A stretch of DNA of 64,000 nucleotides from Oscillospiraceae bacterium (GTDB lineage Bacteria > Bacillota > Clostridia > Oscillospirales > Oscillospiraceae). The notes beneath the pieces were generated by a model, which was not told the DNA's origin, made no database searches, and saw nothing but the letters and a program-made list of their open reading frames with translations. Positions 32,818 to 42,636 of this stretch are shown here, piece after piece (the first letter of the stretch is position 1; every line of letters begins with the position of its first letter). The stretch covers positions 27,320 through 91,319 of the forward strand of contig CADAAM010000001.1 of the NCBI GenBank assembly GCA_902785905.1. Reading direction: 5' to 3'. The position numbers were made by a program, and so were the translations under genes.

Positions 32818-33879
32818 TCACGGCAGAAAGCTCCGCGCGATTGCCTGCACCTCGTTCCGGCGTCTCTCGGTGTCCGCCACGAGCTTGAACTGCGTGCGGG
32901 CGCGGTCGAGGTTGTGGTCGGGCCGGGCGACGGAGAAGTAGCGGTCGCCGTCGAGGTAGTCGGTGAGAAAGCGCAGCCCGCATTCGAGCGTCATGAGCTT
33001 TGCGCCGAGCGGCAGGGTCTCGATCTCTTCCCCGGTTAGACCTCCGCAGGCCGGGATGAAGCCCTCGGCAAAGCGGCGGTACAGCGCGAGATCGAGCCAG
33101 ACCTTATCCAGGTCCCGCTCGTCCTCTCTCGCGGTCGAGGCCCCGAAGCGGATCGAATCGCCGAAGTCATAGGCCACGAGCCCCGGCATGACCGTATCGA
33201 GGTCGATCACGCACAGCGCCCGTCTTGTCTTTTTGTCGAGCATGATGTTATTGAGCTTGGTGTCGTTGTGCGTTACGCGCAGCGGCAGCTCCCCGCTCTC
33301 GCGCATGGCCTGGAGAGTACCCGCCTCCTCTTCCCTGGAAAGGACAAAGTCGATCTCCCGCTGTACGGAGGCGGCGCGGCCCAGTCTGTCGGCCTGTAAA
33401 ACCTCATGAAAGATGCGGTAGCGGTCGGGCGTATGGTGAAACTTCGGGATGGTCTCGGACAGGGTTTCGGCCGGAAAATCTTTCAGCATCCTCTGGAAGC
33501 CGCCGAAGGCTACGGCACTTTGATAGAAATCCTCCGCGGTCTCGGGCGTCTGCAGACAGATGCTGTCCTCGATAAAATCGTAGGCGCGCCAATACTCCCC
33601 TTCTCTGTCCAGATACCAGAACCCGCCCTCCGCCGTGGAGATCAGATGCAGGCTCGCGCGGGGATCGCCGCTGCGCTCGGCGAGATAGGCCGTCACGGCC
33701 GCGACGTTTCGCATCAGGGCCGGGATATCGTGAAACGCGGCGCGGCTGAGGCGCTGTACGATATAGCGCCGCCCCGTATCGGTCACGGCGAGATAGGTGC
33801 GGTTGATATGCCCCTCGCCGTAGCGCTCGCAGGAGACGGGCCGCCCCTCAAACTGAAACTGCCGAAGAATCTCTTCCAT
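32818..33879 (-). CDS. nahK: N-acetylhexosamine 1-kinase-like kinase (NahK/LnpB-like, APH fold)
   Basis: LRVTHNDTKLNNIMLD ... CVIDLDTVMPGLVAYDFGDSIRFGASTAREDERDLDKV closely parallels the remembered Bifidobacterium NahK sequence. The start is set at MEEILRQF (ATG at 33879, GAGGGAGAG RBS). The longer ORF-track start at 34122 overlaps the next gene and was rejected. Confidence 0.85.
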   Translation of the reverse strand: MEEILRQFQFEGRPVSCERYGEGHINRTYLAVTDTGRRYIVQRLSRAAFHDIPALMRNVAAVTAYLAERSGDPRASLHLISTAEGGFWYLDREGEYWRAYDFIEDSICLQTPETAEDFYQSAVAFGGFQRMLKDFPAETLSETIPKFHHTPDRYRIFHEVLQADRLGRAASVQREIDFVLSREEEAGTLQAMRESGELPLRVTHNDTKLNNIMLDKKTRRALCVIDLDTVMPGLVAYDFGDSIRFGASTAREDERDLDKVWLDLALYRRFAEGFIPACGGLTGEEIETLPLGAKLMTLECGLRFLTDYLDGDRYFSVARPDHNLDRARTQFKLVADTERRRNEVQAIARSFLP

Positions 33880-33943
33880 GCTTAACTCTCCCTCTCTGCT
33901 CCGCGGCAAAGCGGCGGAACCTGCTCCAAGCGGAGCTTCTCCC

Positions 33944-34276
33944 CTATTTCCAGTCCTTCCAGATATCGGGACAGTAGCCGACGGTGGCCTGCTTCCCGTT
34001 TCGGACGATCGGTGTTTTGAGCAGATACGGCACCTCATAGAGCTTGTCGAGCCTGGCCTCGTCGCTGGCGAGGTAACGGAAAAGCTCATAGTCCTGATCG
34101 GCCGGGTCGGCCATATTCTCAAGCCCCACCGCGTTTTTGACGGAGCTCAGCTCTCCCCTGCTCATGCCGTATTTGAGCACGTCGATATACTGGTATTTGA
34201 TCCGGCGCTCCTTGAACCAGCGCTCAGCCTTCTTCGAGTCAAAGCACTTGGCCTTGCCGAATATTTGAATATTCAT
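33944..34276 (-). CDS. ArsC/Spx-family thioredoxin-fold protein
   Basis: MNIQIFGKAKCFDSKKAERWFKERRI N terminus (CxxS motif). About 110 aa from the ATG at 34276. Confidence 0.7.
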   Translation of the reverse strand: MNIQIFGKAKCFDSKKAERWFKERRIKYQYIDVLKYGMSRGELSSVKNAVGLENMADPADQDYELFRYLASDEARLDKLYEVPYLLKTPIVRNGKQATVGYCPDIWKDWK

Positions 34277-34582
34277 CTCATATAACTCCGTAAGTGTCGG
34301 TATTCTCCGGTTTATCGCATACTCTCTTGCTCTTCTCAAAAGAGAGCCCGATTACAACAAGTATATGCAATCAGGCTCCCGCTGTCAAATTTTTCTTTTT
34401 GCGGTCCCGGCAGCTTCTCGCCGGGATAATGGGCGCATCTATGAAAAGCCTGACAAGGCTTTTTTGTGCTCACAGGATGATTCTTGAATACAGGACATCG
34501 ATGATTTATAATAAGATGCAGAATTAGAGTGCTTGTTCAGGCGGATACATCGGGATTTCAATAACAGAAAGGTCATCCGGAG

Positions 34583-35307
34583 ATGAAAGTCAAAAAGGGA
34601 AAAATGATTCTGAGCGTTATCTTCTCGCTCATTCTTCTGATCGTCGCTGCAATGGTCTGGTTTTTTGAGTTCAATTCGACCGGATACCGCAAAAGATATC
34701 GGACAATGTTTTCATTAACAGGGATTACGCCGGGAACAGAGATGAGATTACCGGCCTGATCAACGAAGCGAAATCACGTGCTGCGGATTTTTATGGCTCA
34801 TTGATGTGCCCGGATCATACGGTCATCATCATATGCGACGATGATAAACTGCTTGCAAAGCTTGGCGGAGATCACGATACACACCACATTACGCTTTTTC
34901 CCGTAAAGAGGAGTTATGTTTCCGTTTCGACTGAATATCTGACGGTCGACGTTCTTGCCCATGAGCTTACACACGCGGAGCTGTACGAACGACTCTCAGG
35001 CAAAGCTTTTCGTCGGGTTCCGACCTGGTTCAATGAGGGGATAGCCCTGCAGAATGACTACCGTGAACAATATGGGCCAGAAGCGTGGGCAGAACAGACC
35101 GATAACGGTAAAAAAATTGTCGCACATGAAGATATGGACACAGCGGCGGAGTTTTATTCGGGTACAAAAGAAGATCGGCGTTTTCGTTATCTGAATGCAA
35201 AACATGATGTTGTCGAATGGCTGGAAAAGCATGGCTTGCAGGGTTTCATGGCTCTGATTGACAGACTGAACGGCGGAGAGGCTTTCAGCGCTGCATATGG
35301 CAGCTAG
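34583..35307 (+). pseudogene. Membrane-anchored zinc metallopeptidase (peptidase MA-like, HExxH), frameshifted
   Basis: The N-terminal TM ORF (MKVKKGKMILSVIFSLILLIVAAMVWFF...) ends at 34757. The rest (..DEITGLINEAKSRAADFYGS...AHELTHAE...WFNEGIALQNDY) reads in another frame that is open from 34669. Adding one base in the A4 run at 34691-34694 would join the two frames. Confidence 0.6.
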
Positions 35308-35366
35308 ATTCCAGTTTGTCGGGAAATCGCTAAATCGAAATTTGGAAACTATGAAAGGATAGTAAT

Positions 35367-35674
35367 ATGCGGCACGAATGTAAAATCACAGTTATAGACA
35401 AAAAATGCTTTGCCAATTTTCAAAAGCAATACCTGGCCGACCCCAAATCTGGTCCCTGTCCATTCTTCAATATGTGTATACCGCGCTGCAAGGCGGCTCA
35501 ATTATGAAAGGCTGGACCAATGATGACCGTATCATGATCGCTTGTTGCAATAATGGCACAAGGCCGGTCATTTTCAAGATTGAACGAATTGACATTCCGG
35601 ATAATGATGAGGAGCGAGAGTGGCTTGCAAAGCAAGATTTTAAAAACACAGCCGAAGATGCTTATACCGGCTAA
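35367..35674 (+). pseudogene. TIGR04076-family small protein, internally deleted and frameshifted
   Basis: The N-terminal MRHECKITVIDKKCFANFQKQYLADPKSGPCPFF and the C-terminal ...IACCNNGTRPVIFKIERI fit the family pattern. They lie in different frames, and the central PEGFC..AW block is missing. Confidence 0.55.
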
Positions 35675-35701
35675 GCTGCAAACTCCAGTTAACAGTAAAG
35701 T

Positions 35702-35746
35702 AAAAAAAGGGGGGCTGTTGCAAAACTCTTATTTTGCAACAGCCCC
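35702..35746 (-). terminator. Strong hairpin with a flanking A7/T7 run
   Basis: 15-bp stem ggggctgttgcaaaa / ttttgcaacagcccc. On the minus strand it is followed by T7. No intact minus-strand gene ends just upstream of it. Confidence 0.5.
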
Positions 35747-35749
35747 GAT

Positions 35750-35778
35750 TTACTGTGAAAGCTCCGCTTCTACAGTAA
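35750..35778 (-). repeat. Copy 1 of an 11-bp-stem GGA-triloop hairpin repeat (partner at 42225-42252)
   Basis: The minus strand reads tactgtagaagc GGA gctttcacagta. A 21-nt core (gaagcggagctttcacagtaa) is identical to 42232-42252. Confidence 0.7.
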
Positions 35779-35962
35779 ATAATGTATGTATACCAATCAG
35801 CGATTCGGATTTGCAGGTCTCTTTCACTTATACGCCTGTATAACCTTCTCTGTACTCGGCGTATCATGGTGTAAATCTCTATACTGTGCCGGCACTGCTC
35901 ATACTGACTTTCATTAAGAAGAAGAAGACAACATCTTCTTTTAACAGCGCCTTGTGGCGCGT

Positions 35963-36044
35963 TGAAAATCGTATGAGACGTCAGTTGCGTCAGCAACTGT
36001 ATGCCGCCGCAGGTGGCATCTTTTCAATAAAAAGTGTCGACTTT
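35963..36044. repeat. Right copy of the perfect 82-bp inverted repeat (partner at 26407-26488)
   Basis: 82/82 reverse-complement identity, verified by eye in 10-mer blocks. Confidence 0.9.
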
Positions 36045-36152
36045 CTTTTTTACGGTATATAAATGCCTCCCAGGAGTGGGAATTCCTGAGAGGCTGGGGC
36101 ATTCATCATGCGTTCATTCTGTTTACACGATTGGAAAGATTCTGTCTGGGGC

Positions 36153-37337
36153 TTACCTTTTTTCCGCAGCTTCTGCACGCTCACGGCATATTTCTTCCCA
36201 GCTCTTATGACTTGACATGAGTTTATCCAGACGGCTCATCTGCTCAGGCACGTCGATTTTCTGCGGACATGCATTGCTGCACTGTCCGCAGCCGATGCAT
36301 GCCCCTGCCTGTTTTCCGGCACCGAGCGCTGAATATCGTGAAACTGTATTAAAGCTGTCAGAAACAGCCATATCGTTCGCCATACTCAAAAGCAGAGGGA
36401 TATCCAGCTCCATCGGACAGCCTGCGCAGCAATAACGGCAAGCTGTGCACGGAATCTGACGGGATATTCTCGCGGAAATCTCATCGAGGATTTGCAGCTC
36501 TTCTTCACTCAGCTTTTCATCACTTGAAAACGTGCGGAGGTTATCTTCCATTTGAGCAAGATTTGACATCCCGCTCAGAATCATTGTCGGCTGCGGCACA
36601 GTCCGGAGCCATCGAAAGGCCCACGCCGGAATGCTGTCTTGCGGACGCATACTGCGCAGCTTGTCTTCTGTTTCAGCGCCAAAAGACGCAAGCTTGCCGC
36701 CGCGTACCGGCTCCATCACCCAGACCGGGATCCCCGCTTCCCGCAGGATCTCTACCTTTCGTTTTGCATCCTGCAGCGTCCAGTCGATATAATTGAGCTG
36801 GATCTGGCAAAACTCCATGTGTTCGCCATAGAGTGCAAGGAACTGCTCAAGCCCCGAAGGTGCGGCATGGCAGGAGAAGCCCAGATGGCGGATTCTACCC
36901 TTCTCCTTTTGTTCCAGGAAATACTCAAGAAAACGATTCTCCGGATTGCCATAGTAGCAAGCGAGGGAGTTCTCGTTGACGTTGTGGAGAAGATAAAAGT
37001 CAAAATAATCCACACCGCAGCGCTTCATCTGTTCCTCGAAGATCTCTTCCGGTGTCACGGGGCGCACACCTTTTACGTTCTGATGGCCGGGGAATTTATC
37101 CGCCAGATTCCATTTCTCACGCGGATACCGCCGAAGGGAAAGACCGAGCGCTCCTTCGGATTTACCGCCATGATACGGATGCGCCGTATCGAAATAATTC
37201 ACGCCGGCGGCAATTGCTGCGTCAACCATTCTGTCAAGCTCTGCCTGATCAATAGCTCCATCATCCAGGAGCGGCAGCCGCATTGCGCCGAATCCAAGCG
37301 CCGACAGCTTTTCATTCTGAAAGTCGTTGTATAACAT
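36153..37337 (-). CDS. Aldo/keto reductase with C-terminal 4Fe-4S ferredoxin-type domain
   Basis: LSALGFGAMRLP...YFDTAHPYHGGKSE AKR N terminus, then CTACRYCCAGCP and CIGCGQCSNACP motifs. The start is set at the ATG at 37337 (MLYNDF). Confidence 0.8.
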   Translation of the reverse strand: MLYNDFQNEKLSALGFGAMRLPLLDDGAIDQAELDRMVDAAIAAGVNYFDTAHPYHGGKSEGALGLSLRRYPREKWNLADKFPGHQNVKGVRPVTPEEIFEEQMKRCGVDYFDFYLLHNVNENSLACYYGNPENRFLEYFLEQKEKGRIRHLGFSCHAAPSGLEQFLALYGEHMEFCQIQLNYIDWTLQDAKRKVEILREAGIPVWVMEPVRGGKLASFGAETEDKLRSMRPQDSIPAWAFRWLRTVPQPTMILSGMSNLAQMEDNLRTFSSDEKLSEEELQILDEISARISRQIPCTACRYCCAGCPMELDIPLLLSMANDMAVSDSFNTVSRYSALGAGKQAGACIGCGQCSNACPQKIDVPEQMSRLDKLMSSHKSWEEICRERAEAAEKR

Positions 37338-37495
37338 AGGATCACACCTTTTCATCAGATTACTGTCATTATAATCAAGCAAGCCGGTTGCAACAAGACA
37401 GAATTGCTGCAGATATGTCAAAAAAGCCTTTGATCCCATGGATCTCCCCGGGAAGCTGCGCCGGTTCAAAGCTGAATCCCAGCATACCCGATGAC

Positions 37496-38266
37496 TTACC
37501 GCATCGCGTCCTTCATGGCTTTCACGTACTCCCCGACATACGGCGGCGCGTCCCGGCCGTATTTTTCCAGCAGTTTAATGATGGCCGAGCCCACGATTGC
37601 TCCGTCTGAGAGCTCTGCCATTTTCTTTGCCTGCTCAGGCGCGGAGATTCCGAAACCGATGGCGCACGGAATTTCGGTATTTTCACGCACCAGTCTGACC
37701 ATGGCTCCCAGGTCTGTGGTGATCTCCGTGCGGGTGCCGGTCACGCCGAGGCTCGACACGAGATACAGAAAGCCCTCCGCCTCCCGCGCGATCATGGCGA
37801 TCCGGTTTTCCGACGTCGGCGCAATAAGAGAGATCAGATTCACCCCGCAGGAGCGGCAGATGGGCAGAAACTCATCCTTTTCCTCAAAGGGCAGATCCGG
37901 CAGGATCAGCCCGTCGATGCCGACGTCCCGGCACAGGGACAGAAAGCGCTCTGCTCCGTATGAAAAAACGACGTTTGCATACGTCATGAACACCATGGGA
38001 ACGGCAATATCTTCGCGCAGTTTTCGCACAAAATCAAAAATTCTGTCGGTGGTGATCCCACTGCGAAGTGCGCGCAGATTGGCTCCCTGAATCACCGGGC
38101 CTTCCGCAGTGGGATCGGAAAACGGGATTCCAAGCTCGATCAGGTCAGCCCCGTTTTCGACCGCCGCCCTCACAACGGCGCCCGTCGTCTCCAGATCGGG
38201 GTCACCGCAGGTTATAAAGGCGATAAATGCCTTTCCGTTTCCAAATGCGTCCGGTATCCTACTCAT
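37496..38266 (-). CDS. trpA: Tryptophan synthase alpha chain
   Basis: [17 protein letters not shown] motif. The ATG at 38266 overlaps the trpB stop. Confidence 0.9.
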   Translation of the reverse strand: MSRIPDAFGNGKAFIAFITCGDPDLETTGAVVRAAVENGADLIELGIPFSDPTAEGPVIQGANLRALRSGITTDRIFDFVRKLREDIAVPMVFMTYANVVFSYGAERFLSLCRDVGIDGLILPDLPFEEKDEFLPICRSCGVNLISLIAPTSENRIAMIAREAEGFLYLVSSLGVTGTRTEITTDLGAMVRLVRENTEIPCAIGFGISAPEQAKKMAELSDGAIVGSAIIKLLEKYGRDAPPYVGEYVKAMKDAMR

Positions 38267-39449
38267 AGATATTCTCTCCCCTGTATCGTGCGATCGCGGC
38301 ACAGTCCTTGTCGCCGCGGCCCGAAATCGTAATGACCAGGATTTGCTCCTTTCCCATCGTGGGCGCCAGCTTTTGCGCGTGCGCCACAGCGTGGGCCGAT
38401 TCGATGGCCGGGATGATCCCCTCCGTTTTCGAGAGATACTCGAAGGCGCACACCGCCTCCTCATCCGTGACCGGGACATATTCCGCTCTGCCGATGTCAT
38501 GCAGCCAGGCGTGCTCCGGTCCGACGCCGGGATAATCCAGACCCGCGGAGATCGAATACACCGGCGCGATCTGCCCGTATTCGTCCTGGCAGAAATAGGA
38601 TTTCATGCCGTGAAAGATGCCGACGCGCCCCGTGTTGATCGTGGCCGCGGTCTCAAAGCCGTCGATCCCCTTCCCCGCCGCCTCGCAGCCGATCAGCCGC
38701 ACGGACTTGTCTTCAATAAAGTGATAAAAGCTGCCGATCGCATTCGAGCCGCCGCCTACGCAGGCCAGCACCGCGTCCGGCAGGCGCCCCTCCTTTTCCA
38801 GAAGCTGCTGCCTGATTTCCCGGGAGATAACAGCCTGGAAATCCCGGACGATCGTCGGGAACGGATGCGGCCCCATCACCGAGCCGAGACAATAGTGTGT
38901 ATCGTCGATGCGGCTTGTCCATTCCCGCATGGCTTCCGAGACCGCATCCTTGAGCGTCGCGGTGCCGGTTTTCACGGGGATGACCTCCGCCCCCAACAGG
39001 CGCATGCGATAAACGTTCAAGGCCTGGCGGATGGTATCCTCCTCCCCCATGAAGACGACGCACTCCATATCCAGCAGCGCCGCCGCGGTCGCCGTGGCGA
39101 CGCCGTGCTGCCCGGCTCCCGTCTCCGCGATAAGGCGGGTCTTGCCCATCTTTTTGGCAAGCAGCGCCTGCCCCAGCACGTTGTTGATCTTGTGCGCGCC
39201 TGTGTGATTCAGGTCCTCCCGTTTGAGGTAGATTTTCGCGCCGCCCAGGTCCCGTGTCATCTTCTCCGCGTAATACAGGCGCGAGGGTCTGCCCGCATAG
39301 TCATTCAGCAGCGCGGTCAGCTCCCGGTTAAAGTCGGGGTCGGCCTTGAAATGATTGTATGCCTGTTCCAGTTCAATGACGGCATTCATCAGGGTTTCCG
39401 GGATGTACTGTCCGCCATGAATGCCAAAGCGTCCGTTTGGGTTTGTCAT
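38259..39449 (-). CDS. trpB: Tryptophan synthase beta chain
   Basis: [14 protein letters not shown]-lysine motif. 396 aa. Confidence 0.95.
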   Translation of the reverse strand: MTNPNGRFGIHGGQYIPETLMNAVIELEQAYNHFKADPDFNRELTALLNDYAGRPSRLYYAEKMTRDLGGAKIYLKREDLNHTGAHKINNVLGQALLAKKMGKTRLIAETGAGQHGVATATAAALLDMECVVFMGEEDTIRQALNVYRMRLLGAEVIPVKTGTATLKDAVSEAMREWTSRIDDTHYCLGSVMGPHPFPTIVRDFQAVISREIRQQLLEKEGRLPDAVLACVGGGSNAIGSFYHFIEDKSVRLIGCEAAGKGIDGFETAATINTGRVGIFHGMKSYFCQDEYGQIAPVYSISAGLDYPGVGPEHAWLHDIGRAEYVPVTDEEAVCAFEYLSKTEGIIPAIESAHAVAHAQKLAPTMGKEQILVITISGRGDKDCAAIARYRGENIYE

Positions 39450-40072
39450 GGTGTTGCCTCCTGACTGTCCGCCTCCCGTACGGCGCGGACAAATTTTTCC
39501 ATCTTTCCGGGGTCTTTTCTCCCCGCGGTTTCGATCCCAGAGCTTACATCCAGGCCGAAGGGGTGCAGCGCGGCGATCGCGGCGGCGGCGTTTTCCGGGT
39601 TCAGACCGCCCGCCAGCACATAGGGCCGCGCGTGAAAATCCCTCAGCAGCGCCCAGTCGAAGGACTCCCCTGTCCCGCCGGGGCCGTTGTCGAGCAAAAC
39701 GAGATCGGCGCTTGACGCGGCAGCCGCCGCGAGGTCCCCGGGCGCGGTGATCTTGAATGCTTTCCAGATCGTCCGATCCGTCAAGCGGCGAAGTGCCCGG
39801 ATATATGCCTCGTCTTCCTGTCCGTGGAGCTGGGCGATCTGGATCGTTCCCTTTTCCAGCAGCTCCGCCACCCGCTCCGGCGGCGCGTCGACAAACACGC
39901 CTGCCGCCGGGATTTCGGGATTCAGGCGCTCCCGCAGCTCGGCCGCGATCTCGGGTGCAACATATCGCCTGCTCTTTTCCGCGAAAACAAAGCCGACGAA
40001 GTCCGGCACGAGAGCGTTTGCCGCTTCGATATCCTCCGGCCTTGTCAGGCCGCAGAGCTTGATTTTTGTCAT
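39446..40072 (-). CDS. trpF: Phosphoribosylanthranilate isomerase
   Basis: [15 protein letters not shown] start. 208 aa, with operon position between trpC and trpB. Confidence 0.9.
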   Translation of the reverse strand: MTKIKLCGLTRPEDIEAANALVPDFVGFVFAEKSRRYVAPEIAAELRERLNPEIPAAGVFVDAPPERVAELLEKGTIQIAQLHGQEDEAYIRALRRLTDRTIWKAFKITAPGDLAAAAASSADLVLLDNGPGGTGESFDWALLRDFHARPYVLAGGLNPENAAAAIAALHPFGLDVSSGIETAGRKDPGKMEKFVRAVREADSQEATP

Positions 40073-40851
40073 GTTTCGCCTCTCAGTTCCCGCAGCTTTG
40101 CAGCCTTGTCCTCTGCGCGCATCAGGGTCTCGCCCACGAGCACCGCATCCGCGCCGATCTCCCGCATGCGCTGCACATCCTCTGCATTTTTCACGCCGCT
40201 CTCCGAAACGAACAGGATCCCGGGCGGGATAAGCCGACGCAGACGGCGGCTGTTGTCCGTGTCTACCGTGAAATCGTGCAGATTCCGGTTGTTCACGCCG
40301 ATGATCTCCGCCCCGGCGCGCAGGGCCGTTTCGATCTCCGGCTCACTGTGGGCTTCCACCAGCGCGGAGAGGCCGAGCTCACGGCAGAGCGCCAGATAAT
40401 CCACAAGCTGCTTTTCCTCCAGAATGGAAACGATCAGCAGCACCGCCGCCGCGCCCAGCGTTTTCGCCTCGTAGATCATGTAGGCGTCCACGGTAAAATC
40501 CTTGCGCAGGCAGGGCAGTTTTACGGTGGAGGCGATTTCGCGCAGCTGTTCTTCCGAGCCGAGAAAACGGGTCGGCTCGGTGAGAACGGAGATCGCGTCG
40601 GCCCCCGCCGACTCATAGGCGCGAGCGATCGTTTCATAAGGATACACCGGGGCGATGACGCCTTTGGAGGGCGACGCCTTTTTGCATTCGCAGATGAACG
40701 CGAGCTCCGGACCGGACAGTGCTTTGTGAAAGGGGGCGTCCCCTTTCGGCATCGCTTCCGCCGTTTGCCGCATGCCTTCAAGCGGTATGTTTCTTTTTGC
40801 TCCATCGACACGCAGGCGCGCAGCGGCGGCAAGCTCATCCAGGATCGTCAT
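40069..40851 (-). CDS. trpC: Indole-3-glycerol phosphate synthase
   Basis: [13 protein letters not shown] motif. 260 aa. Confidence 0.9.
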   Translation of the reverse strand: MTILDELAAAARLRVDGAKRNIPLEGMRQTAEAMPKGDAPFHKALSGPELAFICECKKASPSKGVIAPVYPYETIARAYESAGADAISVLTEPTRFLGSEEQLREIASTVKLPCLRKDFTVDAYMIYEAKTLGAAAVLLIVSILEEKQLVDYLALCRELGLSALVEAHSEPEIETALRAGAEIIGVNNRNLHDFTVDTDNSRRLRRLIPPGILFVSESGVKNAEDVQRMREIGADAVLVGETLMRAEDKAAKLRELRGET

Positions 40852-41801
40852 GACTCGGCCTCCGGTCGGTTGCTGACCTCGATCAGCCGCTCCAGCACGC
40901 GCATGGCAGCGCCGCTGTCAATGAGCTCCGCCGCCAGGCTGACACCCTCCTTGCCGGCGAGAATGGCGCGCGTAATTTCAGCGTTCTCAGCAGGCTTTCC
41001 GCCGGTCAGTTCCGCCTTTGCGCAGCGCCGCAGGCCGAAATCCTCCGGCGTGATCACATAGGACTTGAACCAGCCGTCCTGAAACTCGCATACCGTGGTG
41101 GGTGCGCTCAGGGAAATCTCATCCAGCTTATCCTGACCGTAGACCACCATCCCGCGTTTAACGCCGAGGGAGATCAAAACCTGGGCAAGCGGCGCGACCA
41201 GATACTCGTCATAGACCCCCAGCAGCTGATACTTTGGGCTGCCGGGATTGGTCAGCGGGCCGAGGATGTTGAACACGGTACGAAAGCCCAGCTCTTTGCG
41301 GATCGCGCCGACATATTTCATGGAGCTATGGTATTTCTGGGCAAAGAAGAAACACATGCCCACCTCGTCGAGCAGTTCTCTGCATCGGTCAGGGCTCTGG
41401 CAGATATTGACGCCCAGCGCCTCCAGACAATCCGCCGTGCCGCTGTTGGAGGAAGCCGCGCGGTTTCCATGCTTTGCGACTTTGGCCCCACCCGCCGCCG
41501 CGACCAGCGCGGCCGTTGTGGAAATATTGAAGCTGTGCGCGCCGTCGCCGCCTGTGCCGACGATCTCCAGCAAGTCCATCCCGGTTTCCACGCGGGTGGC
41601 GTGATCCCGCATGGCCGCGGCACAGCCTGCGATCTCGTCCGTGGTCTCGGCTCTGGCGCTCTTTGTTGACAGCGCGGAGAGGAATGCCGCATTCTGCGTA
41701 GCGCTCGTCTCGCCGCTCATGATCTCGTTCATGATTGTGTATGCCTCATCATAGCTCAGGTCTTGTTTGTTTACGATTTTTACGATGCCGTCTTTGATCA
41801 T
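40848..41801 (-). CDS. trpD: Anthranilate phosphoribosyltransferase
   Basis: [18 protein letters not shown] motif. The start is placed at the ATG at 41801 (MIKDGIV), preceded by AAAGGGA. The ORF track starts at 41819. Confidence 0.9.
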   Translation of the reverse strand: MIKDGIVKIVNKQDLSYDEAYTIMNEIMSGETSATQNAAFLSALSTKSARAETTDEIAGCAAAMRDHATRVETGMDLLEIVGTGGDGAHSFNISTTAALVAAAGGAKVAKHGNRAASSNSGTADCLEALGVNICQSPDRCRELLDEVGMCFFFAQKYHSSMKYVGAIRKELGFRTVFNILGPLTNPGSPKYQLLGVYDEYLVAPLAQVLISLGVKRGMVVYGQDKLDEISLSAPTTVCEFQDGWFKSYVITPEDFGLRRCAKAELTGGKPAENAEITRAILAGKEGVSLAAELIDSGAAMRVLERLIEVSNRPEAES

Positions 41802-41821
41802 GGATGTCATCCCTTTCATAA

Positions 41822-42090
41822 AAAAACGTCCTTGACAGAATCTGTACTGTCAAGGACGAATAATGTGTATTATCCGCGGTGCCACCTTGCATTCATGGGT
41901 TTCCCCATGCACTTTAACAGGATACCGACATATCCCCGGCAACTGACGTATGCCTGCACGTTGCATTCTACTCGGCGGCGTATCGCCTTTCGATGCACCC
42001 TCAGCGGCCCATTTGACGATCTGTTTCTCACCTGGCTCCCACCTTCCCAGGCTCTCTGTACAGGCATAATCGCCGTTACTCCCGCTTCAA
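41822..42090 (-). promoter_or_regulatory. T-box riboswitch leader, probable Trp (UGG) specifier
   Basis: On the minus strand: AGAGAG bulge, GGUGGGA distal-loop motif, candidate specifier ..CAAA-UGG-G.., AGUAGAA, the T-box core CAAGGUGGCACCGCGG, then a terminator cgtccttgacag...ctgtcaaggacg followed by T7 directly before trpD. Confidence 0.8.
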
Positions 42091-42224
42091 CGGTTTGCTG
42101 ATTAAATCCCCATGCGCTGTAAATCGCACCACGACGCATGAAAGCTCATTCGCATGTGGCTTTTTTACGCATGTGATTCGGTTGCCCCGTAAGGGGCGAG
42201 AAGCACGCGCTTTCATCAAATATT

Positions 42225-42252
42225 CACTGTGGAAGCGGAGCTTTCACAGTAA
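42225..42252 (+). repeat. Copy 2 of the 11-bp-stem GGA-triloop hairpin repeat
   Basis: actgtggaagc GGA gctttcacagt. It differs from copy 1 by a G.U to A-U change that preserves pairing. Confidence 0.7.
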
Positions 42253-42636
42253 TTGGCTGAATTATACTCCCTGTTTGGTCGGTTGTCAAGCCCCTGCATA
42301 TTTTCAATTACTTCACAGTCCCCGCCTGATACTCGATAATTTCCGGGCTTGCCCAAACGGCGGATTTGTGCTATCCTTTTGTTTTGTGGTTTGCGTCATT
42401 GACGTATTTGATGATCACGAGGAGAGTGAAAGTCCTATGAATTCTGCCGGAACCGCAGAAACGCAAGGCCAGCAGCCCTCTGATGATGATTTCATCTATG
42501 AGCTGCTGGCCGAGATGAGACTGCCATAGCCGATTCCTTCGACAGCAGCCTCCGCGCGCACAATACTGACACAACCATGAGCCGATACCGCAATGAACGC
42601 GGTACCGGCTCTCTTTTCTTTATCTGAGGAGGATAT

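Noticed and set aside
33880-34122. N-terminal extension of the nahK-like ORF
   Set aside because: It would overlap the ArsC-family gene, it is Arg/Ser/Pro-rich, and homologous kinases start at the MEEILRQF-equivalent position, which has a good RBS.
35640-35996. 118-aa minus-strand ORF in the AT-richer islet
   Set aside because: It runs through the terminator hairpin and the hairpin repeat. It has no RBS or recognisable motif, and it overlaps the 3' end of the TIGR04076 remnant.
37338-37469. N-terminal extension of the AKR/Fe-S ORF, and the 38267-38500 extension of the trpA ORF
   Set aside because: The conserved N termini begin at internal ATGs (MLYNDF and MSRIPDAF). The extensions overlap upstream genes or lack an RBS.
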